A stretch of DNA of 59,800 nt from Rhodanobacter sp. (lineage in GTDB: Bacteria > Pseudomonadota > Gammaproteobacteria > Xanthomonadales > Rhodanobacteraceae): the NCBI GenBank assembly GCA_035277325.1, contig DATEKS010000065.1, forward strand, positions 1 through 59,800. Reading direction: 5' to 3'. Position numbers and translations under genes: made by a program. The notes below the pieces were generated by a model. That model saw only the letters and a list, made by a program, of their open reading frames with translations. It did no database searches and was not told the DNA's origin. Below are positions 31,906 through 40,940 of the stretch, one piece after another. How positions within the stretch are numbered: the first letter of the stretch is position 1; each line of letters begins with the position of its first letter.

Positions 31906-32047
31906 GCGGGTAAGCAGCATCGGCTTTCCGGTGCGCTGCAGTCCCGCCTTGGACGTGACGACGGGCACGGCGGCATAACCGTATCCGAACATCCGGCCTG
32001 GCCGTTCCGGTTATGGTGACCGCCATGCGCCGACCGGCCCGTCACCC

Positions 32048-32626
32048 ATGTCATTGAACGACACGATGCACCTGTTGCGTGCATGGCTGCGCGATCCGCG
32101 CAGCGTGGGCGCGCTGGCGCCGTCCGGTCCCGCGCTGGCGCGGCTGATGACCGCCCACGTCGATCATGCGCACGGCCCGGTGATCGAACTAGGTCCGGGC
32201 ACCGGCGTGTTCACCCGAGCCCTGCTGGAACGCGGCCTGCCGGGACACCGGCTGGTGCTGGTGGAAACCGACCCGGTGCTGGCCAGCACGCTGGCGCAGC
32301 GCTATCCGCATGCGCGCGTGCTGCGCATGGACGCGGCCAGGCTGGGCCGCTCGTCGTCGCTGTTCGGCGACGAACGCGCCAGCGCCGTGATCAGCGGCCT
32401 GCCGCTGCTGTCGATCCCGGCCGACAAGGTCGAGGCCATCATCGAGGGCGTGTTCGAGCGCCAATTGCAGGATGGCGGCGCGCTCTACCAGTTCACCTAC
32501 GGCCTGCGCTGCCCGGTGCCGCGCGCGCTGCGCCAGCGCCTAGGGTTGGAGGCCGAGCGCATCGGCGGCGCCTGGCTCAACCTACCGCCGGCCTGGGTCT
32601 GGCGCATCCGCCGCCGCGTCCGCTGA
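32048..32626 (+). CDS. Phospholipid N-methyltransferase-like SAM methyltransferase (PmtA-like)
   Basis: PRSVGALAPSG, VIELGPGTG, VISGLPLL, YQFTYG, NLPPA. Confidence 0.82.
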   Translation: MSLNDTMHLLRAWLRDPRSVGALAPSGPALARLMTAHVDHAHGPVIELGPGTGVFTRALLERGLPGHRLVLVETDPVLASTLAQRYPHARVLRMDAARLGRSSSLFGDERASAVISGLPLLSIPADKVEAIIEGVFERQLQDGGALYQFTYGLRCPVPRALRQRLGLEAERIGGAWLNLPPAWVWRIRRRVR

Positions 32627-32672
32627 GCTTCTTCCATTCCCTCCAGCCTGTCCCGTCGCTCGCACTTGCAAA

Positions 32673-32717
32673 CGACATATCTTCGATATATCTTGAATTC
32701 CCCAATTCGATATATCG
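32673..32717. promoter_or_regulatory. Triple CGATATATCG-like operator for the YqjI-like regulator
   Basis: CGACATATCT (32673), CGATATATCT (32684) and the perfect palindrome CGATATATCG (32708), which abuts the SD. Confidence 0.7.
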
Positions 32718-32726
32718 GAGCTTGCC

Positions 32727-33368
32727 ATGCGCATGCACCACCTGTTCCATCGCTTCGCGCATCATCATCACCACGGCTTCTTCATGGACTGCGAGGGCGA
32801 GCACGGCTATCACGCCGGCCGCCACGGCCCATTCGGCGAACATCACGGCGGCGACGCCTTCGGCGGCTGGGATGGGCTGCGCGGCGGCGGCAGGCGCGGC
32901 GGTGGCCGCATGTTCGGCCACGGCGACCTCAAGCTGCTGCTGCTGGCGCTGATCGAGCAGCAGCCGCGCCACGGCTACGAACTGATCCGCACCATCGAGG
33001 AGATGTTCCACGGCCAGTACTCGCCCAGTCCCGGCGCGATCTATCCCGTCCTCGCCATGCTGGAGGACATGGGTTACGCACAGGTGGAAAGCGAGGCGGG
33101 CAAGCGCAAGCTGTACGCCATCACCGCCGAGGGGCGCGCCTTCCTCGACGAGAATCGCGCCGCCGTGGACGCGGTGACCGCGCGCACCGAGCACAGCGCG
33201 CGCATCGCGGCGAAGATGGCCGCACCCATGGCGGTGCGCAAGGCCATGCACGCGCTCAAGCATGCGTTGCTGATGCGCACGAGCTGGGACAAGGCCGAGG
33301 CGGAACGCGTGGCCGCGATCCTGCAGCGCGCCGCCAGCGACATCGCCGCCGCCCACCCGCACGACTGA
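32727..33368 (+). CDS. PadR-family regulator with His-rich N-terminus (YqjI-like)
   Basis: HHLFHRFAHHHHH...; GDLKLLLLALI, HGYELI, SPGAIYP. Confidence 0.88.
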   Translation: MRMHHLFHRFAHHHHHGFFMDCEGEHGYHAGRHGPFGEHHGGDAFGGWDGLRGGGRRGGGRMFGHGDLKLLLLALIEQQPRHGYELIRTIEEMFHGQYSPSPGAIYPVLAMLEDMGYAQVESEAGKRKLYAITAEGRAFLDENRAAVDAVTARTEHSARIAAKMAAPMAVRKAMHALKHALLMRTSWDKAEAERVAAILQRAASDIAAAHPHD

Positions 33369-33453
33369 ACCGATGTGCCGCCGCGCTACGCGGCGGCCAT
33401 CTTTGCCAACGCGCCAGCCACCGCCAGCGCCCGCTCCCCACGAGGCAACCACG

Positions 33454-34245
33454 ATGGCCCTTCATGCCCACCAGCGCCTGCGCCACGACGTTGTGCTGCG
33501 CACGCTCGAAGTCCTGCGCATCGAACGCCTCACTCCGCACATGCAGCGGGTGACGCTCGGCGGCCCCGAACTGCGCGGCTTCCACAGCGCGGCGCCCGAC
33601 GACCACGTGAAGCTGTTCTTTCCCAATCGTTCCGGCGAACTGGTGTTGCCCACGCCGGGGCCAAACGGCCTCGAATTCCCCGTCGGCCACGAACCCTCGC
33701 CGATGCGCGACTACACCCCGCGCCGCCACGATGCCGCGCGCGGCGAACTGGTGATCGACTTCGTGCTGCACGGCGACGGCCCCGCCTCCAACTGGGCGGC
33801 GCGGGCCGTGCCTGGCCAGCGCCTTGGCGCCGGCGGCCCGCGCGGCTCGTTCATGGTGGCCGGCGACTTCGACCGCTATGTGCTGGTGGGCGACGAGACT
33901 GCCCTGCCCGCCATCGGTCGCTGGCTGGAGGAGATGCCCGCTGGTACGCGCGTCACCGCACTGGTCGAACTGCCCGAGGCCGCGGATCACCAGCTGCTGC
34001 ACTCACGCGCCGATGTGGAAATCCGCTGGCTCGAACGCAACGGCGACGCAGCCACGGACAGCAATCGCCTGGAACACTCCCTGGACGAGCTTCCCGCCAT
34101 CGAAGGCGACAGCTTCTATTGGATCGCCGCCGAATCACGCCGCGCCCGCGCCATGCGCCAGTGGCTGGACCAGCGCGGCGTGCCGAAGGACTGGATCAAG
34201 GCCACGGGCTACTGGAAAGCCGGCGCGGACGACGGCGAGGATTGA
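33454..34245 (+). CDS. Siderophore-interacting protein / ferric reductase (ViuB/YqjH-like)
   Basis: DDHVKLFF, RDYTPR, GPASNWA, GPRGS, GDETALPAI, GYWK. Confidence 0.9.
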   Translation: MALHAHQRLRHDVVLRTLEVLRIERLTPHMQRVTLGGPELRGFHSAAPDDHVKLFFPNRSGELVLPTPGPNGLEFPVGHEPSPMRDYTPRRHDAARGELVIDFVLHGDGPASNWAARAVPGQRLGAGGPRGSFMVAGDFDRYVLVGDETALPAIGRWLEEMPAGTRVTALVELPEAADHQLLHSRADVEIRWLERNGDAATDSNRLEHSLDELPAIEGDSFYWIAAESRRARAMRQWLDQRGVPKDWIKATGYWKAGADDGED

Positions 34246-34370
34246 TCGCCGCATGAACGCGAGATGAGCTGGGCCGGGCGTCCACCACAAAACCTTGCCA
34301 TGCCATCGGTTAAGCCTTGGCGCACCACCATCGTCATCGGGTGCCGCATCGCGGCTACAGAGAAACGATC

Positions 34371-36500
34371 ATGAAGCGCAGCCGCAAACTGCTGGCATGG
34401 ATCATAGTCGCGCCCGTGACCCTGCTCATCGTGCTGGTTTCGGCGTTGGTGATAACGCTTTCCCTGTTCAACTGGAACAGGCTGAAGCCGACCATCAACG
34501 CGCAGGCCAGCACGGCGATCGGCCGTCCGTTCGCGATCAACGGCAACCTCGGCGTGCAGTGGATGCGCGATCCGCAGTCGCAGGGCTGGCGCGCATGGGT
34601 GCCGTGGCCGCACATCGTGGCGCAGGACATCTCCGTCGCGAACCCGGCGTGGACGAAGCAGCCGCAATTCGCGCACCTCGACGCCGTGCGCTTCAGCCTC
34701 TCGCCGCTGGACCTGTTGTTGCATCGCGTACGCATCCCCACCCTGCAACTGGTCAATCCCGCAGTGGACCTCGAGCGCGACGCGCAGGGCCGCGCCAACT
34801 GGACGTTCAACCTGCCGCAGAGCAGCACGCCTTCCGCATGGACGGTGGATCTCGGCGCCATCGGTTTCGACGCCGGCCAGATCGCGCTGGACGATGCCAA
34901 GGGCCGCGTGAAAATCGATGCGCACATCGAACCGCTGCAGCAGGCGATCCCCTACGATCAGATCGTGGCGCAGGCGACGGCGGATGCGCGCACGCAGGCG
35001 GTCAGCAGCGCCGGGCGCGGTGCCGGCAAGACGGTGGGCAAGGACGACGGACAGAGCCACCCCGAGGACGCGGCTGCGCAATCATCCAGCTACCAGTTCG
35101 CCTGGACCGCGAAGGGCAGCTACCAGGGCGCATCGCTGGACGGCAGCGGCAAGATCGGCGCCGTGCTGGCCTTGCAACAGTCCGACCAGCCGTTCCCGCT
35201 GCAGGCGAAGCTGCGCATCGGCGACACCCACATCGCCCTGGTCGGCACGCTGACCGATCCCCTGCACCTCGGTGCGCTGGACCTGCGCCTGTGGCTCGCC
35301 GGCTCCAGCATGGCGAAGCTCTACCCCATCCTCGGCGTGACCCTGCCGGACACCCCACCCTACGCCACCCGCGGCCGACTCGCCGCCACGCTGGGTCGCA
35401 ACGGCAGCCACTTCAGTTACCACGGCTTCCGCGCACACGTGGGTGGCAGCGACCTCGCCGGCGACGTCGACTACATCACCGGCGGCGCGCGCCCCAAGCT
35501 CAGCGGCAAGGTGCAGGCCACCCAGTTGCGCTTCGCCGACCTCGCGCCACTGGTCGGCGGCGGCGGTTCCAGCACCACCGCGCCGCCGCCTGCCGCCTCG
35601 GACCGCGTGCTGCCCACGCAAGCCTTCCGCACCGACCGCTGGAGGGCGATGGATGCCGACGTGACGTTCTCCGCAGGACGCATCGAGCATGGCGCCTCGC
35701 TGCCGATCGAATCGCTGTCCACCCACCTGCAGATGGACGATGGCGTGCTGACGCTGGATCCGCTGCGCTTCGGCCTCGCCGGCGGCCAGGTGGACGGCAC
35801 GCTGCGCCTCGATGGCAGCACTGCATCGATGCGCGGCGCACTCAACCTGCGCGCACGCCATCTGAAGCTCAAGCAGCTGTTCCCCACCTTCGCGCCGATG
35901 CACACCAGCTTCGGCGAGATCAACGGCGACGCCGCGCTGGACGCGCGCGGCAACTCCGTCGCAGCCCTGCTCGGCAGTGCCAGCGGCGAGCTGAAGCTGC
36001 TGATGAACGACGGCGCGATCAGCCGCAACCTGCTGGAGACCGCCGGCCTCAACGTGGGCAACATCGTGCTCGGCAAGCTGTTCGGCGACCGCACGGTGAA
36101 GATCAACTGCGCCGCCAGCGATCTCGTGGCGAGGGACGGCCTGTTCGACACGCGTCTGTTCGTGTTCGATACCGGCGACGCGGTGATCAACGTCAAGGGC
36201 ACGGTGAACTTCGCCAACGAAAAGCTGGACCTGGACGTGATCCCACACACCAAGGGCGTTCGCCTGTTCACGCTGCGCTCGCCGCTGTACGTGCGCGGCA
36301 CGCTGAAGAATCCCAACGTAGGCGTGCATACCGGCCCGCTGCTGGCACGCGGCGCGGGTGCAGTGGCGCTGGGCGTGGTTGCCGCGCCCGCGGCCGCCCT
36401 GCTGGCGCTGGTCGCCCCCAGCCACGACAGCGGCGACACCAATACCTGCACCACGCTGCTGCAGCAAATGCGCGTGCCGGCGCGCGCCGGGGAGAAGTAA
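34371..36500 (+). CDS. AsmA-family protein (YhjG-like)
   Basis: N-terminal TM then FNWNRLKP, GRANWTF, INCAASD, LRSPLYVRGTLKNP. Confidence 0.87.
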   Translation: MKRSRKLLAWIIVAPVTLLIVLVSALVITLSLFNWNRLKPTINAQASTAIGRPFAINGNLGVQWMRDPQSQGWRAWVPWPHIVAQDISVANPAWTKQPQFAHLDAVRFSLSPLDLLLHRVRIPTLQLVNPAVDLERDAQGRANWTFNLPQSSTPSAWTVDLGAIGFDAGQIALDDAKGRVKIDAHIEPLQQAIPYDQIVAQATADARTQAVSSAGRGAGKTVGKDDGQSHPEDAAAQSSSYQFAWTAKGSYQGASLDGSGKIGAVLALQQSDQPFPLQAKLRIGDTHIALVGTLTDPLHLGALDLRLWLAGSSMAKLYPILGVTLPDTPPYATRGRLAATLGRNGSHFSYHGFRAHVGGSDLAGDVDYITGGARPKLSGKVQATQLRFADLAPLVGGGGSSTTAPPPAASDRVLPTQAFRTDRWRAMDADVTFSAGRIEHGASLPIESLSTHLQMDDGVLTLDPLRFGLAGGQVDGTLRLDGSTASMRGALNLRARHLKLKQLFPTFAPMHTSFGEINGDAALDARGNSVAALLGSASGELKLLMNDGAISRNLLETAGLNVGNIVLGKLFGDRTVKINCAASDLVARDGLFDTRLFVFDTGDAVINVKGTVNFANEKLDLDVIPHTKGVRLFTLRSPLYVRGTLKNPNVGVHTGPLLARGAGAVALGVVAAPAAALLALVAPSHDSGDTNTCTTLLQQMRVPARAGEK

Positions 36501-36530
36501 AATCCCGCGTCTCCCCTCGATGCGCCCCCC

Positions 36531-37460
36531 ATGCAAGCCACCAACCGGGCCCGCCTGCAGATCCACTTCTGCGTGTTGTTGTGGGGCTTCACCGCGATCC
36601 TCGGCAAGCTGATCACCCTGTCCGCGCTGCCACTGGTGTGGTGGCGCATGCTGCTGGTGACGGCCGCGCTGCTGCTGGTGCCGCGGGTATGGCGCGGCCT
36701 GCACGCGATGCCCGCGCGGCTGCGCTGGGGCTATGCCGGCATCGGCGTGCTGGTGTCGCTGCACTGGCTCACCTTCTATGCCGCGATCAAGCTGGCCAAC
36801 GCCTCGGTGGGCGCCACCTGCATCGCGCTGGGGCCGGTGTTCCTGGCCTTCGTGGAACCATGGATCGCCAGGCGCAGGTTCGACCCGCGCGAGCTGCTGG
36901 TCGGCGCGGCCGTGGTGCCGGGCGTGGCGATGGTGGTGGGCGGCGTGCCGCACGGCATGCGCCTCGGCATCGCGGTGGGCGTGCTGTCGGCGTTGTTCGT
37001 GGCGCTGTTCGGCTCGCTCAACAAGCGCCTGGTGGAACACGGCGATCCGCTCACCGTCACCTGCATCGAACTCGGCACCGGCACCGCCTTCCTTACCCTG
37101 CTGGCGCCGTTGCTGCCGCACACGGCCGCCGCGTTCGTGCTGCCGGACACGCATGACGCGCTGCTGCTGCTCGCACTGGCCTTCGGCTGCACCCTGCTGC
37201 CGTTCGCGCTGGCACTGGTGGCGCTGCGCCACCTGAGTGCGTTCGGCACGCAGATGGTGACCAATCTGGAGCCGGTCTACGCCATCGTGCTCGCGATGCT
37301 TCTGCTTGGCGAACAGCGGCAGCTCGACGGATGGTTCTATGCGGGCGTGGCTGTGATCCTCGTCGCGGTGTTCGCGCATCCACTGCTGGGGCGTCGGCAA
37401 CAGCCGGCCGGGCAGCCGGAGTTGCTGGGGACGACCGAGAGTCACAATATCGTGGAGTAG
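36531..37460 (+). CDS. DMT/EamA-family transporter
   Basis: LWGFTAILGK, HWLTFY, NLEPVYAI; about 10 TM. Confidence 0.87.
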   Translation: MQATNRARLQIHFCVLLWGFTAILGKLITLSALPLVWWRMLLVTAALLLVPRVWRGLHAMPARLRWGYAGIGVLVSLHWLTFYAAIKLANASVGATCIALGPVFLAFVEPWIARRRFDPRELLVGAAVVPGVAMVVGGVPHGMRLGIAVGVLSALFVALFGSLNKRLVEHGDPLTVTCIELGTGTAFLTLLAPLLPHTAAAFVLPDTHDALLLLALAFGCTLLPFALALVALRHLSAFGTQMVTNLEPVYAIVLAMLLLGEQRQLDGWFYAGVAVILVAVFAHPLLGRRQQPAGQPELLGTTESHNIVE

Positions 37461-37598
37461 GCGCTGATCTGCGCGTAGCAGGCTTTCGTGGGTCTGCTTT
37501 CGATCATAACGGAACATCGTGACGCTCAAGATTTGGCGGTAAACGCAGATACCTCAGCTCAGGTCGCACCGGAGTTGTTGCCCGGTGAGTGCAGGAAT

Positions 37599-38498
37599 TC
37601 ATTCCGCCTTGCCGGCGATGTGCTCCCGCAAATGCTCGATGAAGGCGCGCACCTTGGCGGGGGCATGCATGTTGGCATGAACCGCGTGGAAGCTCCCCTC
37701 GGGAAGCCGCTGGGTGGGCAGCAGGTGCTCCAGCCGGCCAGCGGCTAGGTCGGCTTGCACCATGAAGTCGGGCAGCACGGCCATACCCGCGCCGGCCAGG
37801 GCCATCGCATGCACGACGGCTGCGCTGTCGCTCTGCACGCGCTGCACAAGACGTATGCGGGTCTGCTTGCCGTTGCGCCCGGTGAAGACCCAGCTGGCGG
37901 GCGAGCTGAGCACCGAGAGCAGGATCGCGTCGTGCGCCGACAAGTCCTGCGGCCGGCGCGGCCTACCACGTGCATCCAGGTAGGCGGATGCCGCCACCAG
38001 CAGTTGGCGGAAGCCGGCCAGGCGCACCGCGCGCAGGCTGGAATCCCGCAGCGGACCGCCGCGTATCGCCAGGTCGAAGCGGCCGCCGATCAGGTCGATG
38101 ATGCCGTCATCCAGCACCAGTTCGGCACGCACGCCGGGATGCCGGCGCAGGAAACCGGCCAGTGCGGGCGCCACTACCTCGGTGCCGTAGCTCACCGACG
38201 CGGTGAGGCGCAACGTGCCGCGCGGTGCGGCTCGCTCCTCGCCCACGCGTTCGATCGCCGCCTCGGCCTCGCCGAGGATGCGTTCGCAATCGGCGTGGAA
38301 AGCAGCGCCGGCCTCGGTCAGCGCCATCCGCCGCGTGCTGCGCACCAGCAACGTCACGCCCAGCTCGCGCTCCAGCCGCGCCAGGTGCTGGCTCACCATC
38401 GCCTTGGTCAGGCCCAGCTGCTCCGCCGCCGCGGTGAACGATCCGGCCTGCACCAGGGCCACGAATACCGCCAGCCGGTTGAGATTGACCTCGCCCAT
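37599..38498 (-). CDS. LysR-family regulator
   Basis: GSFTAAAEQLGLTKAMVS, RSTRRMALTEAG. Confidence 0.92.
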   Translation of the reverse strand: MGEVNLNRLAVFVALVQAGSFTAAAEQLGLTKAMVSQHLARLERELGVTLLVRSTRRMALTEAGAAFHADCERILGEAEAAIERVGEERAAPRGTLRLTASVSYGTEVVAPALAGFLRRHPGVRAELVLDDGIIDLIGGRFDLAIRGGPLRDSSLRAVRLAGFRQLLVAASAYLDARGRPRRPQDLSAHDAILLSVLSSPASWVFTGRNGKQTRIRLVQRVQSDSAAVVHAMALAGAGMAVLPDFMVQADLAAGRLEHLLPTQRLPEGSFHAVHANMHAPAKVRAFIEHLREHIAGKAE

Positions 38499-38611
38499 GC
38501 GTGCCCTCCACTGTCAATCTGAACTTTACAGTGAATTCCACCATGGGCGATTTATCGGGCCAATGATCCAGCGCATGCTGTGCACCGTTGCCCACCCAAC
38601 GGAGACTTTCC

Positions 38612-39253
38612 ATGCGGATCGCACTGTTCGGCGCCACCGGCCACCTCGGCCGCGCCATCCTCGACGAAGCGCTGGCGCGCGGCCACGCCGTGACCGCCAT
38701 CGCGCGCGACCCGGCCCGCCTCGATGCGCGCCACGACAAGCTGAAGCTCGTCGCCGGCGACGTGGCACGCCCGGAAACCTGGGTTGCCGCCGTGCGCGGC
38801 AGCGACGCGGCAGTGGCCAGCCTGTCCGCCCGTCGCGACGGCAACAACGACAGCCTGCCGGCCAATGCGCGCATCCTGCTCGACCAGCTCCCTGCGGCCG
38901 GCGTGCCGCGCCTGGTCTGGGTGGGCGGCGCCGGCAGCCTGGAAACCGCGCCGGGCGTGCGGGTGATCGACGACCCGAACTTCCCGGCAGCCTGGAAGCC
39001 CGAGGCCGAGGGCCAGGCCCGCGCGCTGGAAGCCTTCCGCGCCAGCACCTCGCCCGTCGAGTGGACCTACATCAGCCCCGCCGCGCTGATCGAGGATGGC
39101 GAGCGCACCGGCCGCTACCGCCTCGGCGGCGACCAGCTGCTGGTCGATGCCGAGGGCAACAGCCGCATCAGCGTGGCCGACTACGCCATCGCCCTGCTCG
39201 ACCGAGTGGAGAAGAACGACGCTCCGCGTCGCCGCATCACCGTGGCCTACTGA
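38612..39253 (+). CDS. NAD(P)-dependent oxidoreductase (NADH-flavin reductase-like)
   Basis: MRIALFGATGHLG, VGGAGSL, WTYISP, SRISVADYA. Confidence 0.88.
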   Translation: MRIALFGATGHLGRAILDEALARGHAVTAIARDPARLDARHDKLKLVAGDVARPETWVAAVRGSDAAVASLSARRDGNNDSLPANARILLDQLPAAGVPRLVWVGGAGSLETAPGVRVIDDPNFPAAWKPEAEGQARALEAFRASTSPVEWTYISPAALIEDGERTGRYRLGGDQLLVDAEGNSRISVADYAIALLDRVEKNDAPRRRITVAY

Positions 39254-39870
39254 GCTGACAGGGGCGCTGCCGAGCCGGCCATCCCGGGCATGTCCGCCAT
39301 GCCGGGGTGGCCGGCATCGGCATGATCGCGCCCCATGTCCATGTCCTCGTCCGGCGGCGCCTTCGCCACGATGGCCTTGTACTGCACCGGCGTCATGCCC
39401 GGCAGCTTTTCGAGGAAGGCCACCATGCTCCAGATGGTTGGGTCGTCGTGGCCGGCCATGCCCCAGGCTGGCATCGCGCTCATCTTGATGCCGTGCTTGA
39501 TCACCCAGAACGCTTCCCTCGGGTCGACACGTACCTTCGTGAGATCCGGCGGCTGCGGGTACATGCCCGCGCGCAGCTCCGAATCGCCCGTGCCCGGAGC
39601 GAGATGGCAACCCGTGCACATGGCGGCGTACTGGCCCGCGCCCTTGAGGATCAGCTGCGGATCGTCGAGGTCGGGCACCTTGATGTCCGCTGCACGCCGA
39701 TGGATCGAGCGCTCGCGCAAGGTCTGCAGCGCGGCGAAAACCGGTCTGGTGTGGTGGTCGTCCGCGCCGATGTCGTAGATGCCGGAGTAGACGAAGCCCC
39801 CGGCGCCTGCGGCCAGGATCGCGAGCACCACGGCAAAGCGCAGGCTATGACGCTTGATGTGCAGTTTCAT
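39247..39870 (-). CDS. Membrane-anchored c-type cytochrome of the cop cluster (CopM-like position)
   Basis: CTGCH heme motif, YPQPP, HGIKMSAMPAW, Met/His-rich tail. Confidence 0.82.
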   Translation of the reverse strand: MKLHIKRHSLRFAVVLAILAAGAGGFVYSGIYDIGADDHHTRPVFAALQTLRERSIHRRAADIKVPDLDDPQLILKGAGQYAAMCTGCHLAPGTGDSELRAGMYPQPPDLTKVRVDPREAFWVIKHGIKMSAMPAWGMAGHDDPTIWSMVAFLEKLPGMTPVQYKAIVAKAPPDEDMDMGRDHADAGHPGMADMPGMAGSAAPLSAQ

Positions 39871-39881
39871 GCTGGGTTTCC

Positions 39882-40940
39882 TCAGAACCAGATCCGGGCG
39901 CCCGCGACCCACTGCCGGTCGAAGATGGGCTGGTGGTTGTCGCGGGCGAAATCGGCCGTGCCGCCGAAGCGGCGCGTCCACACTACGCCAAGGTAGGGCG
40001 CGAATTGCCGGCGGATCTCGTAGCGCAGGCGCAGGCCGAACTGCGCATCGGACAAGCCGCTGCCGAGATGCCGCGCCGGATCGGAGCGGCCATAGGCGTT
40101 GAGCTCGAACTCCGGCTGCAGGATCAGCCGCTGGGTGAACAGCCACTCGTATTCCACGCGCAGACGCGCCGCCGTGCGGCCGGACGGACCCGCGTAAGCC
40201 GTGGCGGCCAACTCGAACCAGTACGGCGCCAGGCCTTGCACGCCGAATGCGGCCCAGTCGCGGCCCGGGCCGTCGCCGAAGTCGTGGCGCACGCCGAGCT
40301 GGGCATCCCAGTACGGCGCCACGGCGTGGCTCCACAGCGCCGCGACATCGCCGTCGCTGGGGCTTCCGTTCTCGCGCACGCCTTCGCTGCGCAGCCACAG
40401 GCGATCGATGTCGGTGCCGTACCAAGCCTGCAGATCCCAGCGCTGGCCGTTGCCGTCCGGACCATGAAAGGCTTCGAGCTGGTCGAGCCGCAGCATGCCC
40501 AGCGGTTCGGCATCGCGCATGTCCATGCCGGACATACCTGCTTGACCGATGCCGTCGGAATAGTCGGAACTGCGCGCGTCCGGCGGCGCCATGCCGTCCT
40601 GCATGGCGTGCGCCGGCATCGCGGCATGCTCCATGGCCGGCATCGCGTCGGACGCATGGCCCGCGTGACCCATCATCGGCATCGGCATTGCCATGACGGC
40701 GGGCGGTGCGTCCTGGTCCTCTGCGTGGTGATGCATTGCTGCCTTGGCCGGTACGTGTGCCCGCTTCGGCTTGCGATGTCCGGCATGCCTGGCGGATCCG
40801 TCGTGGTGCTGTTCCATGCCCGGCATCGCCATCATGTCCATGCCTGTACTGCTCGCCGGTGCGGGCGCGGTTTGCGCGAACGCCACCAGCGGCAACAGCC
40901 CTGCCGTGCAGAAAACCAGTTGTCGGATGATCGCGCTCAT
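39882..40940 (-). CDS. copB: Copper resistance outer-membrane protein B
   Basis: Met/His-rich N-terminus; GVQGLAPYWFE, GLRLRYEIRRQFAPY, C-terminal WF; start overlaps the copA stop. Confidence 0.92.
   Translation of the reverse strand: MSAIIRQLVFCTAGLLPLVAFAQTAPAPASSTGMDMMAMPGMEQHHDGSARHAGHRKPKRAHVPAKAAMHHHAEDQDAPPAVMAMPMPMMGHAGHASDAMPAMEHAAMPAHAMQDGMAPPDARSSDYSDGIGQAGMSGMDMRDAEPLGMLRLDQLEAFHGPDGNGQRWDLQAWYGTDIDRLWLRSEGVRENGSPSDGDVAALWSHAVAPYWDAQLGVRHDFGDGPGRDWAAFGVQGLAPYWFELAATAYAGPSGRTAARLRVEYEWLFTQRLILQPEFELNAYGRSDPARHLGSGLSDAQFGLRLRYEIRRQFAPYLGVVWTRRFGGTADFARDNHQPIFDRQWVAGARIWF

Noticed and set aside
34960-35090. Low-complexity segment in the AsmA protein as another repeat insertion
   Set aside because: No palindrome or similarity to the repeat families; looks like an ordinary variable linker.
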